A DNA stretch of 63,568 nt, counting the filler, from Folioceros fuciformis (taxonomy: Eukaryota): NCBI GenBank assembly GCA_049999805.1. It is 6 parts of 5 records of this genome, joined end to end, with 100 filler letters (N's around TTAATTAATTAA, not from the genome) between each part and the next. Parts side by side here need not be neighbours in the genome. Positions count along the whole stretch, not along the records: positions 59,537 to 62,424 come from JBNGIO010006219.1; positions 62,525 to 63,568 come from JBNGIO010006290.1; 4 more parts are not named here. One strand, given 5' to 3'. The notes beneath the pieces were generated by a model. The model did no database searches and was not told the DNA's origin. It saw only the letters and a program-made list of their open reading frames with translations. How positions within the stretch are numbered: position 1 is the first letter of the stretch; the number at the start of each line of letters is the position of its first letter. Positions 60,888 to 63,568 of this stretch are shown here, piece after piece. The position numbers and the translations under genes were made by a program.

Positions 60888-62424
60888 ATGGCAACTGGAA
60901 GCACAGGGGGAAGCGCTGCTGGAAGTAGCAGCGGAGCGGGATCTGTTCCCATTCTTCCTGCAGTCCTTGTCATACCTCAGCCTTCTTATTCTGTTGAATT
61001 CAAGGAGAGGGACAGGTTTAATGGCTTGAAATTCGAAGGCTGGAAGGTGCGCATGACAGCTGCCCTGCAAGCGCGACACGTTTGGGGAGTTGTTACTGGC
61101 ACGCTCAAAGAACCAGCATCATCTGCTACACAAGACGAAAAGGACAAGTGGGCGAACCTGAATTACGCCGCACGCGCCGTCTTAATCAGCAGGCTGGACG
61201 AATCCCTCCTCGCCGATGTTGCTTTTCTCACCAAGGCTGAAGAGATCTGGACTCTTCTTACACAGACATATGAGGCTAAGAACATTCTTACCATGTGTGC
61301 TGTTCGGGGCGAACTGTTTTCCTTACGTCTTAAGGAAGGCGACAAGGTTTCTCCTTTTGTCATTCGCTTCAGACAACTGCGAGCTCAATTAATCAACCTT
61401 GGTTCACAGTTCCCTGAGCTTGATGCCGTTAGCCAGCTGCTGACAAGTCTGCCTCCAAGCTATCAAACATTCGTTTCCAGCTATGGAGCCACTGTCCGAG
61501 CTGCTGATGCTGCACGAGCTGCAGGACAACCCACAAATATAAATCTCGCAGACGTGATAGGAGCTTTGCTTCAAGAGGAACAAAGCAGGCTCACGTCTAC
61601 TTACCATGGTGGCAAGACAAAAACTGATAAGGTTCTGTTCACCAAAGGCAAACCTGCCAAACAAAGACCTTTCCCTGGAGCAGTTTCTAAACCTGGCTCC
61701 ACAAAACGGACTGGAACTTGCAACTGGTGCGGTATCCAGGGCCACTGGGAAAGAGAATGTCGGAAAAAGAAAGCTGGTGAGGCACGCAAAGCTGAGAAGC
61801 CTACCCGACAGGCTGAAGCACATGTTGCTGCCACCAAGGACCGTCCTTCCACTTCGACACCTCACAAGCAACCTGTAGTAATGACGGTTTGCTTCGCTTC
61901 GTCTGCTTTTCGTCCTTCCTCACACACATGGTACCTGGACTCGGGGGCCACGTCTCACATCTGTAATGCCAAGTCCATGTTCTGTCATTATAGATCGTCC
62001 ACTACCACTAACAAGGTTTTGTTGGGTGATGAAGTGACTCGTACAGGTCTGAGCATCCAAGGACATGGTACCTGCGTGTTTCGCTTGAATGATGGCTCTC
62101 TCCTGCACCTAGAAAACGTGCTGCATGTCCCTCACATGGCTAAGAATCTGATATCAGTCAGCCAGTTAATGTCTCTACGGCTCTACGACCTTTTGTTCAC
62201 TTCGTCTAGCTGTCAGCTTACAAAGCGAGGGGGAGATAGAAAGGTCATAGCCACTGGTATTTTAGTGCATGACTTGTATCAACTCAACTTGACATGTTTA
62301 CCTGAGGGCATGGCACATGTTGCACAACTTTCTCAAGCTGCAGAGGCTAGTTTATGGCATGCTAGACTAGGTCATGCTAATCGGGCCAAACTGATAAAAA
62401 TGTCCAACCTCACATGTTACCGAG
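60888..62424 (+). CDS. Copia E Gag-Pol polyprotein (partial, open to gap)
   Basis: KERDRFNG..W, CNWCGIQGHWEREC, YLDSGAT, LWHARLGH; no stops over >500 codons. Confidence 0.93.
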
Positions 62425-62723
62425 NNNNNNNNNNNNNNNNNNNNNNNNNNNNNNNNNNNNNNNNNNNNTTAATTAATTAANNNNNNNNNNNNNNNNNNNN
62501 NNNNNNNNNNNNNNNNNNNNNNNNTTCTATCCTGGTGTATTAGATGTCTGTAGAAAGGAGTACGTTCTCTTAATACAAAGTCTCTTCTACTCTTACACAT
62601 CTGCATCAGCGATGGGTTTTTAACCGAGATATTGCACGATAGAAAATGCAAACGCAAAATTTCCGCCGCGCGGATCTGGCTGCTTTACGGCAGCAGGTTC
62701 GACTGTTTTAAATCCGGTTGAAG

Positions 62724-63135
62724 ATGACTCGACGGGGACGATCTCGCGTCGAGCGATCCACATCTCCCACCTGCCATCAATACAGAGAGAGGAATCAAAT
62801 TTTCAGGATTCGAGAGGGGTCGGATCTGGAGGAGACTTTTCAATCCAGTGTCCCTGATCTACCTGAAATTGTTGGAGCATATAGGGTGCTCAACAATCGG
62901 CTTACCACAACGGAAACAGTACTTCTTGCTACTCTTTCTCGGCAGAGCGAGATTCACACTGCCCGGCATCAGGAATTTCTGGAAGCCATTGATCATCTCC
63001 TGCGCAGGCAAACCTTCGCTATTAAAGGGCGTTCAGCAACTTACAGATCTGGTCACAGATTTGCAGCGGCGAGTTGCCTTCAAATTCGAAGTCCTAGCCT
63101 CTGAATGCTCTGGCTTCGCCGCGCGAGATGCCTAG
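62724..63135 (+). pseudogene. ORF0 of Copia F (frameshift near 63015)
   Basis: MTRRGRSRVE...DLPEIVGAYRVLNNRLTTTETVLLATLSRQSEIHTARHQE; continues LLKGVQQLTDLV in the next frame, like E's LLKEVRDLTELM. Confidence 0.72.
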
Positions 63136-63365
63136 ATCGCAACCGTCGCCAGATGCCTGCTGAAGGGGCGCGTCGGCTGCTTGCGTGGCATCGTCGATTC
63201 CTCCCGCCGCAGCGTCGGTGTGGGTGCCCTATGCGCCTCCTCCCGGTTGCCTGCGCCCTTTCACTCCAGCCGCGAAGCGCTGGGTCTCGGCCCCAATCGA
63301 CAACCATCTATGTCGGTTGACACCTCTTGATTGCCTCGCTCCTTCGCCTTGCAATCCTTGCAATC

Positions 63366-63441
63366 CTGACCCATTTTTTTGAAGATGACCCTGTACCAGC
63401 CTGATCACCTGGATTAGCGTCTTCTTCACAAAGCAGGTCAG
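63366..63441 (+). promoter_or_regulatory. DIS-like stem-loop upstream of gag AUG in Copia F
   Basis: CUGACC/GGUCAG, GAAGAUG/CGUCUUC and CCAG/CUGG stems; loop CC-UGAUCA-C. Confidence 0.65.
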
Positions 63442-63568
63442 CATGGCCACAGGAACAGGCGGAGGAGGAGGAACATGAGGAAGTGCAGTAGGTGGTGGCG
63501 GAGGGGGAGGAGGTGTAGTCGCCCTCCCGCTCCCTGCCGTACCTGTGATTCCTCAGCCATCCTACTCT

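Larger units (their letters stand above)
59537..62424 (+). mobile_element. Ty1/Copia E, 5' part (LTR end, PBS, ORF0, gag-PR)
   Basis: LTR end ...TTAACA at 59624, PBS TGGTATCAGAGC 59625-59636, gag ORF from 60888 open to the gap. Confidence 0.95.
62525..63568 (+). mobile_element. Ty1/Copia F leader (relative of E): ORF0 and start of gag
   Basis: ORF0 homologue from 62724; gag start ATG 63443 MATGTGGGGGT*GSA...LPAVPVIPQPSYS matches E's LPAVLVIPQPSYS. Confidence 0.85.

Overview
Eukaryotic nuclear DNA from a compact, short-intron land-plant genome (most introns ~70-150 nt; a non-seed plant such as a hornwort or lycophyte is my inference). It is stitched from several contigs by artificial N-TTAATTAATTAA-N linkers. 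A central gene island (25.7-47.9 kb) holds a secreted His/Pro-rich protein, sulfiredoxin, a penta-EF-hand protein, RNA polymerase II largest subunit (NRPB1), a Brittle1-type carrier and an AGO4-clade Argonaute whose N-terminus is cut off by a gap. The flanks are transposon-rich: six Ty1/Copia elements or fragments, a 2.26-kb solo LTR nested in one of them, a PIF/Harbinger derivative carrying a LINE ORF1 fragment, a pair of MiAMP1-like secreted Cys proteins and several minisatellites. The most unusual signal is the 5' leader of one Copia lineage (elements A, D, E, F). All four carry an extra sense ORF ('ORF0', basic/coiled-coil) upstream of gag, between PBS and gag in A and E. They also share conserved RNA structures: a ~125-nt rod hairpin 91% identical between otherwise divergent elements D and E, and a covarying stem-loop in E and F with a 2+6+1 palindromic UGAUCA loop next to the gag AUG, resembling a retroviral dimerisation (kissing-loop) signal. 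All folds and alignments were done by eye.
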